Below are positions 32,950-47,200 of a DNA stretch of 64,000 nt, one piece after another. Made by a program: the position numbers and the translations under genes. The notes under the pieces were generated by a model. The model was not told the origin of the DNA and made no database searches. It saw only the letters and a program-made list of their open reading frames with translations. The first letter of the stretch is position 1; each line of letters begins with the position of its first letter. Source of the stretch: the human T2T-CHM13v2.0 reference genome, Homo sapiens; assembly GCF_009914755.1 (NCBI RefSeq), contig NC_060930.1; one strand, given 5' to 3'.

Positions 32950-34100
32950 CCATCCAGGCAAAAGACCAAGTATCTTCTCTGAGAAATCTGACTAGACTAA
33001 GAGGAAAGATCAAAAGATACTGGCACTATAGATTTCCTGGTGAAACATCCCAGACAGATCACCCCACAAAACATTCCATAATTGATAAGCTCTACCCATG
33101 ATTTCAGAGCATTTCATCAGGTTCTTAGTCTCTCATTCTTAAAAATGAACCAACAACAACAGATTGCAGTCTCTGATGTGAAAGATAGAGACCAAAACTA
33201 ACAGAGAAAAAAAGAAACCTGGATAAAACAGAAACTTTACAGGAGGGAGGAAAATTTTAACAATACAACAACAACAACAACACAAAAAAATCTCCACGCC
33301 TATATTTGAAATCCTCAGATAAGATATTGAAACCTCAAAATAAGAAAAATATGTTGTTTCAGAAAATAGTCAAGAAAAAAACCGAGTCCTTGGAAATTAA
33401 GAATGGAAAGAAAAACTCATTAAAAGGATTGACGATAGAGTCCAGGATATCTCCCAGAAAAAAAAAGAGACCAAGAGGTGGAAATAGAAGACAAAAGATA
33501 AGAAAAAGAGAAGACTAGCCTGGGAGTTCCAGGAAGAGAGAAAAGAGAAAAACAGATAACATTATTTTTAAAATTAATTCTCTAAAATTTCCCTAAACTT
33601 AGAAACACAGGTTTTCAGATTTAAAGGGCCCACTTAGTACCCATAACCAATAGATGGAAATTAACTCACGTCAAGCCACATTATCATGAAATTTCAGAAC
33701 TCTATGGATAAAAAGATCCTTTACGTTTCCAGAGATAGAAAAATAGATCAGAAATAAAAGATCAGAAATCAGAACGTCTTTAGATTTCTCAGTAGCAATA
33801 CTGGAAGCTAGAAGACAATTGGGAAATGCCTTCAAAATTCTGGAGGAAAATTATTTTCAACCTAGAATTCTATACTCAGGCAAACTATCAATCAAGTGGG
33901 AGAACAGAATAAAAATCATTGCATGATTACAATAAATTCAAAAATGAATTTCTTATGCAACCTTTCTTGGGAAGCTATTGGAGTATATGACTCATCAAAA
34001 GGAGGATGAATTCAAGAATGAAGACACTAAGGAGACATAGGATCCAGTAAATGAAAGCTTCAACACAGGAGGGATGAAAGGAATCTTAAGGATATGGAGA
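32950..34100 (+). mobile_element. Degenerate L1/HAL1 ORF1-region fragment (similar remnant at ~24060-24850)
   Basis: A-rich; GAAGCTAGAAGACAAT...GCCTTCAAAATTCTG...TTTTCAACCTAGAATTCTATA, typical of the L1 ORF1 C-terminal region. Confidence 0.6.
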
Positions 34101-34156
34101 CTGGAAATTCCGAAGTCAAAGTGAAAATAGCTTTGAGAATGTCAGCTGTGTACCAG

Positions 34157-35627
<1,471 letters not shown>

Positions 35628-35875
35628 GAACTAGGCCAACAGGGTAACCAATCCGTTTTGGAGTAGATAGAAAACTCCAGGAGAGATCTCTACAAGACTG
35701 GGGGGAAAAAATGGCCGGGCACGGTGGCTCATGCCTGTAATCCCAGCTACTGGGGAGGCTGAGGCACAAGAACTGCTTGAACTCGGGAGGCGGAGGTTGC
35801 AGTGAGTCGAGATGGCACCATTGCACTACAGCCTGGGTGACAGAGCAAGACTGTTTAAAAAAAAGAAAAAACGAA

Positions 35876-35923
35876 GGAAGGAAGGAAGGAAGGAAGGAAG
35901 GAAGGAAGGAAGGAAGGAAGGAA
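35876..35923 (+). repeat. (GGAA)12 microsatellite
   Basis: Read directly from the sequence. Confidence 0.95.
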
Positions 35924-36101
35924 AGAAAAGATTAAAAAAAAAATTTTTTTTTTGAGACAAGGTCTCGCTCCATCACTCAGACTGGAGTGCAGTGGAGCAA
36001 TCTCAGCTCTTGCAACCTCTGCCTCCCAGGCTCAAGTGATCCTCCCACCTAAGTCTCCCGAGTAGCTGGGACCACAGGTGTACACCACCATGCTCCGCTA
36101 A

Positions 36102-36293
<192 letters not shown>

Positions 36294-36638
36294 TGACAAT
36301 TCGAAGTTCAGTCCCAGGAGATAATTTATATCAGCAACAACAGGTACAGAAAACATAAAATGTTCTTCAGAATCTTTTTAGTTTATATTTATTTATATAA
36401 TGTATTTTGTTAACTTTTTTATTGTCTGAGGGCTCTTTGTATACCAGCGCTTTATAATATTCCCACTAGAGACTAAAGGAAACCCACTCTCAGTACTTCC
36501 CAATGAGAAGAAAAAAGTTGCAATTGGCTGTCACCAAAGCCAATGTCCCTGTAAAAGTGGGAGGCGGGTAACCTTGTCCCCAAGAAAAGCAGAGTGTATG
36601 CCTACAGAGTTTAACCACGGATACAACTATCTTGGTGT

Positions 36639-37538
36639 TGAGAGGTGACAACCTGCTAGCAGCCCTCGCTGGCTCTCGGCGCCTCCTCGGCCTCTGCGTC
36701 CGCTCTGGCCGCGCTCGAGGAGCCCTTCAGCCCGCCGCTGCGCTGTGAGGGCCCCTCTCTGGGGCTGGCCGAGGCCGGAGCCGGCTCCCTCTGCTCACTG
36801 GGAAGTGTGAAAAGAGAGGCGCCGGCGGGAGCTGGGGCTGCGCGCGGGCTCCGCAAGTCCCGCACTCTGCGCGGCGGGCCGGCGCCTGCTGGGCTTGACT
36901 GGGGGACGAGCTCCCTCTGGGCTGCCGGAGTGCCCGGCTAGGTGCCCCAAAATCCCGCAGCCAGTGCCAGTGACAAGTGAAGCCGGCTAGGCTTCTGGGA
37001 TATTGGGGACTGGGAGAACTTTTCTGTCTAGCTAAAGGATTGTAAACGCACCAATCAGCACTCTCTGTCTAGCTAAAGGTTTGTAAACGCACCAATCAGC
37101 ACTCTGTCAAAACGGACCAATCAGCTCTCTGTAAAATGGACCAATCAGCTCTCTGCAAAATGGACCAATCAGCAGGATGTGGGTGGGGCCAGATAAGGGA
37201 ATAAACGCAGGCCACCAATGCCAGCAGCAGCAACCTGATCAGGTACTCTTCTGGGTCGCGGGGGTGCTTTGTTCTTTTGCTCTTTGCAATAAATGTTGGT
37301 GCTGCTCCGTCTTTGGGTCTGTGCTGCTTTTGAGAGCTGTAACACTCACTGTGAAGGTCTGCAGCTTCGCTCATGAAGCTAGCGAGATCACGAACCTGCC
37401 AGAAGGAAGAAACTTCAGACACATCTGAAGGAACAAACTCTGGACACACCACCTTTAAGAACTGTAACACTCACTGCAAGGGTTTGAGGCTTCATTCTTG
37501 AAGTCAGTGAGACCGAGAACCCACCAATTCTGGACACA
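36639..37538 (+). mobile_element. ERV9 solo LTR (LTR12 family)
   Basis: Starts TGAGAGGTGAC and ends CCAATTCTGGACACA. 4-bp TSD GTGT (36635-36638 / 37539-37542), tandem ACCAATCAGC repeats, GATAAGGGAATAAA core and AATAAA at ~37288. Confidence 0.93.
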
Positions 37539-38179
37539 GTGTGACACTCCTGAGATAGATCTATGTCCAATGTTTTGAAAGAATTCCAGGACATGAAAGT
37601 TCTCAATCTTTTACCCATGGCCTTTAAGATAAACCCGGCTAGACAGGGTGGCTCATGCCTCTAGTCCCAACACTTTGGGAGGCCAAGGCAGTGGATTGCT
37701 GGAGGTCAGGAGATCAAGACCATCCTGGCCAACATCATGAAACCCTGTCTCTACTAAAAATACAAAAATTTAGCATGCATGGTCGTGGACGCCTGTAATC
37801 TCAGATACTTGGGTGGCTTGGGGCCAAAGAATTGCTTGAACCCAGGAGGTAGAGGTTGCAGTGAGCCAAGATTGCACCACAGCACTCTAGCCTGGGCAAC
37901 AGAGCAAGCTGGAAGAGAGAGAGAGAGAGAGAGAGAGAAGGAAGGAAGGACAGGAGAAGAGAAACCCAACTAATTAGTTTAGGACCAGTCCAGAAGAAGG
38001 GAGACTGGGTTTTGGCCTAACATACACAAGCTTGGTTATTTTAATTAGGAAATAAATAATTTGCCTAGAAGTAGGCCTGTAGGGGGAACAGCCTGTCTTG
38101 GGACGAACATGAGCCTTGGAGTTGGTGAGACCAGATTTCAAATGCCAGTTGAGCTGCTGATCTAACAATGCAACTGAAT

Positions 38180-39327
38180 TGATTAGCTACTGGTACATAC
38201 AAAATCACCTCAAAGTTTAGTGGCTTAAAACAACAAGCATTTATTTAGATTACAATTCTGCAGGTCAGCAATTTAGGCCAGTGCTCCTGGTCTCCCTGGC
38301 CTCTCTCACCTGCCTCTGAGGCAGGAGAATAGGGTTTGGAGGTAGAGAACCTAAGGCAGATTCACACTGACTTCCTAGAACTAAATCAAAAGGAAAACCG
38401 CAGTTGCAGTGAGCTGAGATGGTACCACTGTACTCCAGCCTGGGTGAACCCCAACTTTCCACACCCAAGTAACAAATGATCAGAGGCTACTCCCTTTGCA
38501 AGCCTCTCCTCCCTGCTACCCCACCCTGTTTTCTGCCTGGCAGATGAAAAACTGAAAGTACCTCTGATTGGTCCCCTCCTGGAACCAATCAGGCTGGTCA
38601 AGGGCCAAGTCTTCATTTGCATAGAAGTATAACTTTGTAACTTCAGCCTCTGATTGGTCACTTTTCGCAACCAATCAGACATTTGCATAGGGTGTAACTT
38701 GGCAACTTCAGTCTCTGGTTGCATTTACCTAGGGTGTATACCAAGTAACCAATGGGAAACCTCCAGAGGGTATTTAAACCCCAGAAAATTCTGTAACCAA
38801 GCCCTTCAGCTGCTTGCTCTAGCTGCTCCCACCCTATGGAGTGTGATTTTTTGTTTCAATAAATCTGTTTTTGTTGCTTCATTCTTGCTTTGTGTATTTT
38901 GTCCAATTCTTTGTTCAAAGCACCAAGAACCCAGACACTCTCTACCGGTAACACCTTAAGCTATCCACAGGTCAGCTAAATGATTTTGCTTTTGGGAGCT
39001 GGCTGGCTGTCAGCTAGATGCCTCTGTTCTCTTCCATATGATCTCTCATCCCCAAGTGGGCTATCCTGGACTTGTTCACATGGAGAAAGCAGGGGAGTCC
39101 TAGAGAGGGTTGAAGCGTCCAAGGCCATATTTAGGGATCTAGGTTTAGAACTGTATACTGTCATTTCTGCCACATTGTATTCACTAAAGCAATCATAAGG
39201 CCAGCCCAGATTCAAGGGGTGGTAAAACAGTTCCCACTTCTTGATAGAAAGAGTGGCTGAGTCACATTACAAAGGGAGTGGAGGCAGGAATGTCGTTAAT
39301 TAGGGCCATAAAACTGCAATCTACCAC
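38180..39327 (-). mobile_element. MLT1 MaLR LTR split by the MER51 insertion
   Basis: TAGTGGCTTAAAACAACAAGCATTTATT before the LTR; GGCCAGCCCAGATTCAAGGG...CAATCTACCAC after it. Confidence 0.65.
38317..38953 (+). mobile_element. MER51-type ERV1 solo LTR nested in an MLT1 element
   Basis: Starts TGAGGCAGGAGAATAGGG...AACCTAAGG and ends CCGGTAACA. Flanks CCTC/CCTT (degenerate 4-bp TSD), multiple CCAAT boxes, TATTTAAA and AATAAA. Confidence 0.82.
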
Positions 39328-39395
39328 GGTGACTGTGGCCAAGTTACTTTGCCTTTATGAGTCTCAGTTTCTTTTTTTTTTTTTTTTTTTTTTGA

Positions 39396-39671
<276 letters not shown>

Positions 39672-40037
39672 TGAAGTCTTAACTGAAAATAATAACACAT
39701 ATCTGAAACAATTTTACTAAGGAATAGGAATAATATACCTATGCCTATTACTAGTGAGCATAGCATTTATTAGTTTATCTGAAACTTGTTGGCTAAAAGT
39801 TGCAGCTATCTTACTGTTCTTGATTCAAGTCAAGTTCATTTCACCCTCAGGGCCTTTGCAATTGCTGTTTCTTTTTGCCTGGAATGCTCTCATTTCAGAT
39901 TTTCACATGATGGGTTCTTCTCACTCAGTACTCAGCTCAACTCCCCACTTCTCATGCACATCTCGCTGACCAACCTATCTAATGCCCTTACCTCCGTTTT
40001 CACCTTCACCTTCTGTATAATATTTATTGCCTTTTAA

Positions 40038-40295
<258 letters not shown>

Positions 40296-42172
40296 TGAAC
40301 TCCTGAGTTCAAGCAATCCTCTTACTTTGGCCTTCCAAAATGCTGGGATTATTCAGGCATGAGCCACCACACCCAGCCCAGCTTATTTTTTTATTGCTTG
40401 TCTCTCCCACTAAAATGCAAGCTCTGTGAAAGCAGTAGCCTTGCCTGTTACGTTTATTGATGTATATCCCAGAAACAAAAGTGTAATTGGTACTTAGCAG
40501 GAGTGCAAAAATATTTGTTCAATGAATTTCTTAGCTAATTGATGGAAGAATAAATATGGCACTAGGTTGGGCTCTGAGGAAATGGCATATAGATTGGTTA
40601 CTTTTGTAGGGGGAGAAATAGGAGGTTGAGTAAAGATTTGAAGTTTGAGAACATAACTAGGTCCAGTGAGAGGCCACAGTAGAGAGCCTTACACAGAGAG
40701 GGGACTCTGAATGCCTGTGAGTGACAAGGGGTACCCAAATAGGCCTTTTTCATAGTCCTGTAGACTCTGAGCCTCACTCTGCACCTTTTGCCCTTTTATC
40801 ATTTACATTATTCCTTTTGACTTAGCACATTCCTTGTAGGAATTTATCCATTGGCTATACTTAAAAGGATTTTGGCAAGCTATATGAACAAGGGATTTCA
40901 TTCGATTTTTTTGTTTGTTTGTTTGTTTTTTTGAGACAGAGTCTCACTCTGTCATCCAGGCTGGAGTGTAGTGGGATCTTGGCTCACTGTAGCCTTGACC
41001 TCCTGGACTCAAGTGATCCTCCTGCCTCAGCCTCCCATGCAGCTGGGACCACACATGTGAATCACCACAACTGACTAATTTTTTTATATTTTGTAGAGAC
41101 AGGGTCTCACTTCGTTGCCCAGGCTCGTCTCGAACTGTTAGGCTCAAGTGATTGTCCCATCTTGGGCTCCTGAAGTGTTGGGATTACAGGTGTGAGCCAC
41201 TGCACCTGGCCAAAAGGAACATTTAAGAACAAAAAAGTTCTCTTAGAAATTTAAATTGTGAAAACTCTGAATAAGAGGAGTCCCAGAGAGAACAAATAAA
41301 ATAAATGGGAAGAAGTTATCAAGGAATAATTTCAAAAAAATTTCCAAGAACTGGACATGAGTGTCCAGACGGAAAGAGCCCTTCCATAGCCAGCACAATG
41401 GTTTTAAGTAGAAATAACGTTATGGCAAGTCATTGGGAAATTTTAGAGCAACAGGAACAAAGAAAGAATCCTTTACTTCCAGGAGAAAACGCAAAGACTC
41501 CAGAATCAGAATGGCACTGGATGCCTTATCCTTTAAAATGTTCATATAAGATTATGTTTATTATATTTTCACCCAATATTTCTAGGTATTTGTGTTGAGA
41601 ATGGTGGTGCCATATTTCCTGAATAGCTAAAATGTGAGTTCCATGAAGGCAGGGATCCCCTTTTTTCACACATGTATCCATGTTCCTAGAACAATGTCTG
41701 AAATGTATTGAGTACTCCATAAATAGTTGTTAAATGAATACATAAAACAGAAACTCATATTGATGTTTTACCCAATAATGATTCTTTTCTTTCTTTCTTT
41801 TTTTTTTTTTGAGACAGAGTTTCGCTCTTGTCACCCAGGCTGGAGTGTAATGGCGTGATCTTGACTCACGGCAACCTCCACCTCCCAGGTTCAAGCAATT
41901 CTGCTGCCTCAGCTTCCCAAGTAGCTGGGATTCAGGTGCCTGCCACCACGCCCAGCTAATTTTTGTATTTTTAGTAGAGCAGGTTTTCACCATGTTGGAC
42001 AGACTGCTCTTAAACTCCTGACCTCAGGCTATCTGCCCGCCTCAGCCTCCCAAAGTGCTGAGATTACAGGCATGAGCTACCGTGCCTGGCCTGCATCATA
42101 ATGTATTTAACCTTATTGATGAACTCAGTGTCTCTTTCCAATGCTTCAGGTGATTTAAATAATACTGAATTA

Positions 42173-42316
<144 letters not shown>

Positions 42317-42878
42317 TTAATTAGTTGGGTGTGGTGGCAGGTGGCTGTAATCCCAGCTACTCAGGAGGCTGAGACAGAAGAATCACTTGAACCTGGGAAG
42401 TGGAGGTTGGAGTGAGCTGAAATCATGCCACCCCACTCCAGCCTGTATGACAGAATGAGACTCTCTATTTAAAAAAAAAAAAAAAAAAGAAAGAAAAAAA
42501 ATTGAGTGAAATTCCTTGGTGACAGAGTGAAACTTTGTCTCAAAAACAAACAAACAAACAAACAAAAACTCCTTTTCCCTAGCCTCCTGTACTTCTTTCT
42601 TGGATATAAAATCTTTGCTTATCTCCTCCAGTGTTTTTAATAACATTTGTAAAAGTTCTTTCCAACTTTCTGACTTGTGTCTGTTTCTTCCTTCGTCATT
42701 TTTGTTTTAGTCTCTCTTCCATAGGCTTTGCTCAAGTATCTGTACACAACCGCCTGTCTTCATATTTAAGAATGACTTACTAAAAATATGATTAGAAGTT
42801 TTATGCATGGGTGGGGTGAACTGACTATACCATTTTGTTGGGGTCTTATCCTCTACAGAATTTTTTTTTTTTTTTTGA

Positions 42879-43037
<159 letters not shown>

Positions 43038-43945
43038 TAGTAGAGACAGGGTTTCATCATGTTGGCCAGGCTGGTCTTGAACTCTTGACCTCAGGTGATC
43101 CACCCGCCTCGGCCTCCCAAAGTGCTGGGATTACAGGCATGACCTCTACAGATTTTTTTGGTGGTGAGATAATCTACCCCTCTGGAGAAGACCCTCCCAA
43201 ACTCTTGCCTGGGAGGTATAAGCCTGGCCACTAAGGTTCTCAGAGCCAAATGGGGAAATAAGCTAGGTTATCCCTGTTCACTATGTAGACTTTGATTCAT
43301 CTCTCTTGAATGCAGTGCGGTATCCCTGTCCTCAGCTGTGTCTGGTGTCTCCCAGTCAAAAGGCCCTCAAGTGTAGTCACTCTAGAGGATAAAGCTCTAG
43401 TCTTCTTCCAGAGTAGGAAGTGAGATCTAACTTCTTGCTATACAGACTTTCAAACAATAAGCTTGCTTTTAGCATTGTCTTCACCCACTTTCAGAGTTAC
43501 ATGGTGCCTCAAATTTTTAAGTCTTTCAGGGTACTGCATATTAATTAGCTTGACTCAGTGTCTCTACTGCTAGCGGAGGTTTCAGCATTCTCTTAGTTAC
43601 TTCTCAACCACTTGCTTTCCACCAAATTTTGGTGCTGTCATCCTCTCTTCTTTTCTTTTTTTCTCCCTTTACTGTCATGAGGTATTCAATCTGCCACATT
43701 TAACTGGAAGTTGGGGCTTAGCTCTTAATGCCCCCATGGGAACAGAAAACAAGACCCTGGGTCAAAGAAACATTGGAATTGCAACTGAGATCCTCTACAT
43801 AAAGCCAGGGCTTTCAAAGGAATGTCGTATCAGTGAAAGGGTAGACTAGACAAAAAACCCACCAACTGGCATACAAAAATGACAAAGAAGCTCTTTACCT
43901 TGACTCTGAGTAGGAAAAAGAACTCTCCTTAAAAATTCATAGACA

Positions 43946-44391
<446 letters not shown>

Positions 44392-44723
44392 CTAGAGTGC
44401 CTGGTCCTGAGTATACGATGTTTTCTAGGTTGTCTGGCCTTGCAGAAGCAAATGAAAAAGTATTTTGAAAGTATTAATACATGGAGAGTCCCACTGCTAA
44501 TGCTACTAATGCTAAGTGAAGATGATCTCCAAATTCATAATTATGACACACAAGGGAAACAATTTTTTTTTTGAGTCAGGCTCTCATTCTTTCACCCAGG
44601 TTAGAGTTCAGTGATACAGTCATAGCTCACTACAGGCTTGAACTCCTAGGCTCAAGTGATCTTTCCTGTCTCAGCCTCCCAAAGTAGCTAGGACTACAGA
44701 CATGGGCCACCATGTTCGGCTAA

Positions 44724-44918
<195 letters not shown>

Positions 44919-45622
44919 TAACGACTTAAATTCTATGTTAGGACAGCTCAAGAGATGTTGTTTTTGCTTCTAGGCTGGGACAATCCCAGTTTTCTTCCAA
45001 GTTGACTCTGTCCTGAGTGGATCAGTGTAAGGAAGTTGGGCAAAAAAAGAAAAATACATAGAAGAATATTTCAAGATATCTCATTATAAATATCTGTACA
45101 GATATGTGCATACTTTTTTCTGGACAGACTCATAAGACAGTGTCAAAAATGATTTTCTTTGGGGAGAGGGACTTGGGGTAAGAGGAATAGGAAGTTTTCA
45201 ATTTTCCTTTTTTAAAACATTCCTTTCGAGTTTGAATTTCTGATGTTTTATATGTATATATATATATAACTTTTAAAAAGTGATAAGAAGGCTTACTTGT
45301 ATTGTGAGGTTACAGGGATACAGGCAGTTTCTTATTTCCTTTTTTAAAAAACTGGTTAATATCATAGTATTGGTTTAAAAAAAATCCCAAAACAACATAA
45401 ACATAAACATGTCCTAAACCTGGTCTGGCTCAGAACTTTTCCCCCCTATATGTAATTTACAACCTACTTCTGGGAATAAATTAACACACTTGACAAAAGG
45501 TATAAACAATTTTCTGACAAACTCTAGAGACTGAAGACTTCTAAGAAGCCCAGTCACCCAGCTGTCAGTCAAGAGTCTAATTACCTTTAACTAAACATAG
45601 TTTTCTTTGATAGCTAGTCTAA

Positions 45623-45878
<256 letters not shown>

Positions 45879-46184
45879 TAGTCTGCCCCCCTCGGCCTCC
45901 CAAAGTGCTGGAATTACAGGCATGAGCCACCAAGCTTGGTCTGATTATCTGTAGAAATTAAATGTCTCTATCAAGAGGAAATCTTTTAATTGGCCTAATA
46001 GACTCTTTTTCCTTTGCAGCAAGATTTGTGATAAAGTTTATAAGTGGTCATCACTAAAGTTTTTGAAAAATTTTTTAAAACATGTTTTAAACCTTCAAAA
46101 AAGTGGGTAATGTTCACCTCCATTACTCGTATAAAAGATATGGGTTCGATGGATGACAGGACATAGAACCACAGGAATAGAATG

Positions 46185-46305
46185 TAATTCATTCATTCCT
46201 TTGACAAGTATTTGAGTGCCTACCCTATGCCAGACTGGCAAGTCCTTGAGGGTCTACCATGTGCCAGGCAGTGTTCTTGAAGCTGGGGATACAAAAATGA
46301 ACAAA
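46185..46305 (-). mobile_element. L2 3' end abutting the UBR2 promoter
   Basis: ATTCATTCATTC...TATTTGAGTGCCTAC...ATGTGCCAGGCA...GGGGATACA. Confidence 0.65.
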
Positions 46306-46323
46306 CGAGATTCGGAGAATAAA

Positions 46324-46563
46324 ACTACAGTTCCCACAGTATCTTTCTCTTTGGCTTTTTTCCAGGGGGCGCTGCTTTCCGCGACTGTCTTCCCATGATT
46401 CTCGTTGGGCAGAAAAGCCCCGCCCGCTTATCTGCCATTTAAGCCAGCGCCCCTTGAGAATGGACTACAACTCCCACAATGCATTCGAGGGGCACCGTAT
46501 TAGGGCGCCACCTTTTTCCCGGCTGTGCTGTACCTACAGCACCCAGAACTACAGTACCCAGAA
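46324..46563 (+). promoter_or_regulatory. Cluster of ZNF143/THAP11-type ACTACAnnnCCCA motifs
   Basis: ACTACAGTTCCCA (46324), ACTACAACTCCCACAATGCA (46464), CCTACAGCACCCAG (46533), ACTACAGTACCCAG (46548). Confidence 0.78.
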
Positions 46564-47200
46564 AGCTCCGCTTCCCCTCCTGGGTGTTATTGCCCCTTTC
46601 CTGGTGCAGGACGCGGTAGTGGCCAGCGAGAGTGTCAGGCCTGGGGTTTTCTGTGTCCTTCCCTGGGTCAGGGACGAGCCAGTGACTTGACTCTTGGGCG
46701 CTAAGCTTGGGAGGGAGCGCAGGAGGCCGCTGTCCTTCCTTTCCGGTTCACGTCACCCTTCTCTCCCTCTGTTGCTCCACCTGCAGCCACTTGGACGGCT
46801 CCGGGACTGATTGCCTGGGGCAGGGGTGGCAGTCGAGGCCGCCGGGGCCGAGGTGAGGCTGCAGCTCTCCGGGCGGCGGTAGCGCTGGGGAGGAGGAGGA
46901 GAGAAGATGGCGTCGGAGCTAGAGCCAGAGGTGCAGGCCATCGACCGGAGCTTGCTGGAATGTTCGGCCGAGGAGATTGCGGGGGTGAGTGCCGGAACCC
47001 GGGCGGGTGCGTCTGCCCCTCGCAGGCCGCGCCTGTGGGGAGGAACCGACTCCTGGACGTCCTGGAGCAGCCCGACCCAGACTTGGGGAAACAGCTGTGC
47101 CGGCCCTCGCCTTGTGGGGTAATAGCCCGGGGAGGCCACCGATCCTGCCCCTCTCTTTCCATTTTCAACAGCTGCCAGAGCTGCGCTGTGCACTAACTAC
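46370..47200 (+). promoter_or_regulatory. UBR2: CpG-island promoter and 5'UTR of UBR2 (exact TSS not determinable)
   Basis: Sharp rise in GC and CpG density. ETS-type TTCCGG at 46741, CRE/UPRE-like TCACGTCA at 46748, and YY1-type AAGATGGCG overlapping the start codon. No TATA box seen. Confidence 0.88.
46907..46984 (+). CDS. UBR2: UBR2 coding exon 1 (codons 1-26, MASELEPEVQAIDRSLLECSAEEIAG)
   Basis: Translation matches the known UBR2 N-terminus. Kozak context AAGATGG, in-frame upstream stop TAG at 46880-46882, and canonical phase-0 donor GGG|GTGAGT at 46985. Confidence 0.97.

Noticed and set aside
46800-46906. N-terminal extension of UBR2 from an upstream near-cognate codon
   Set aside because: In-frame TAG at 46880-46882.
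46907-47122. 71-aa ORF reading through the exon 1 donor
   Set aside because: There is a strong GTGAGT donor at 46985, and UBR2 similarity resumes only at exon 2.
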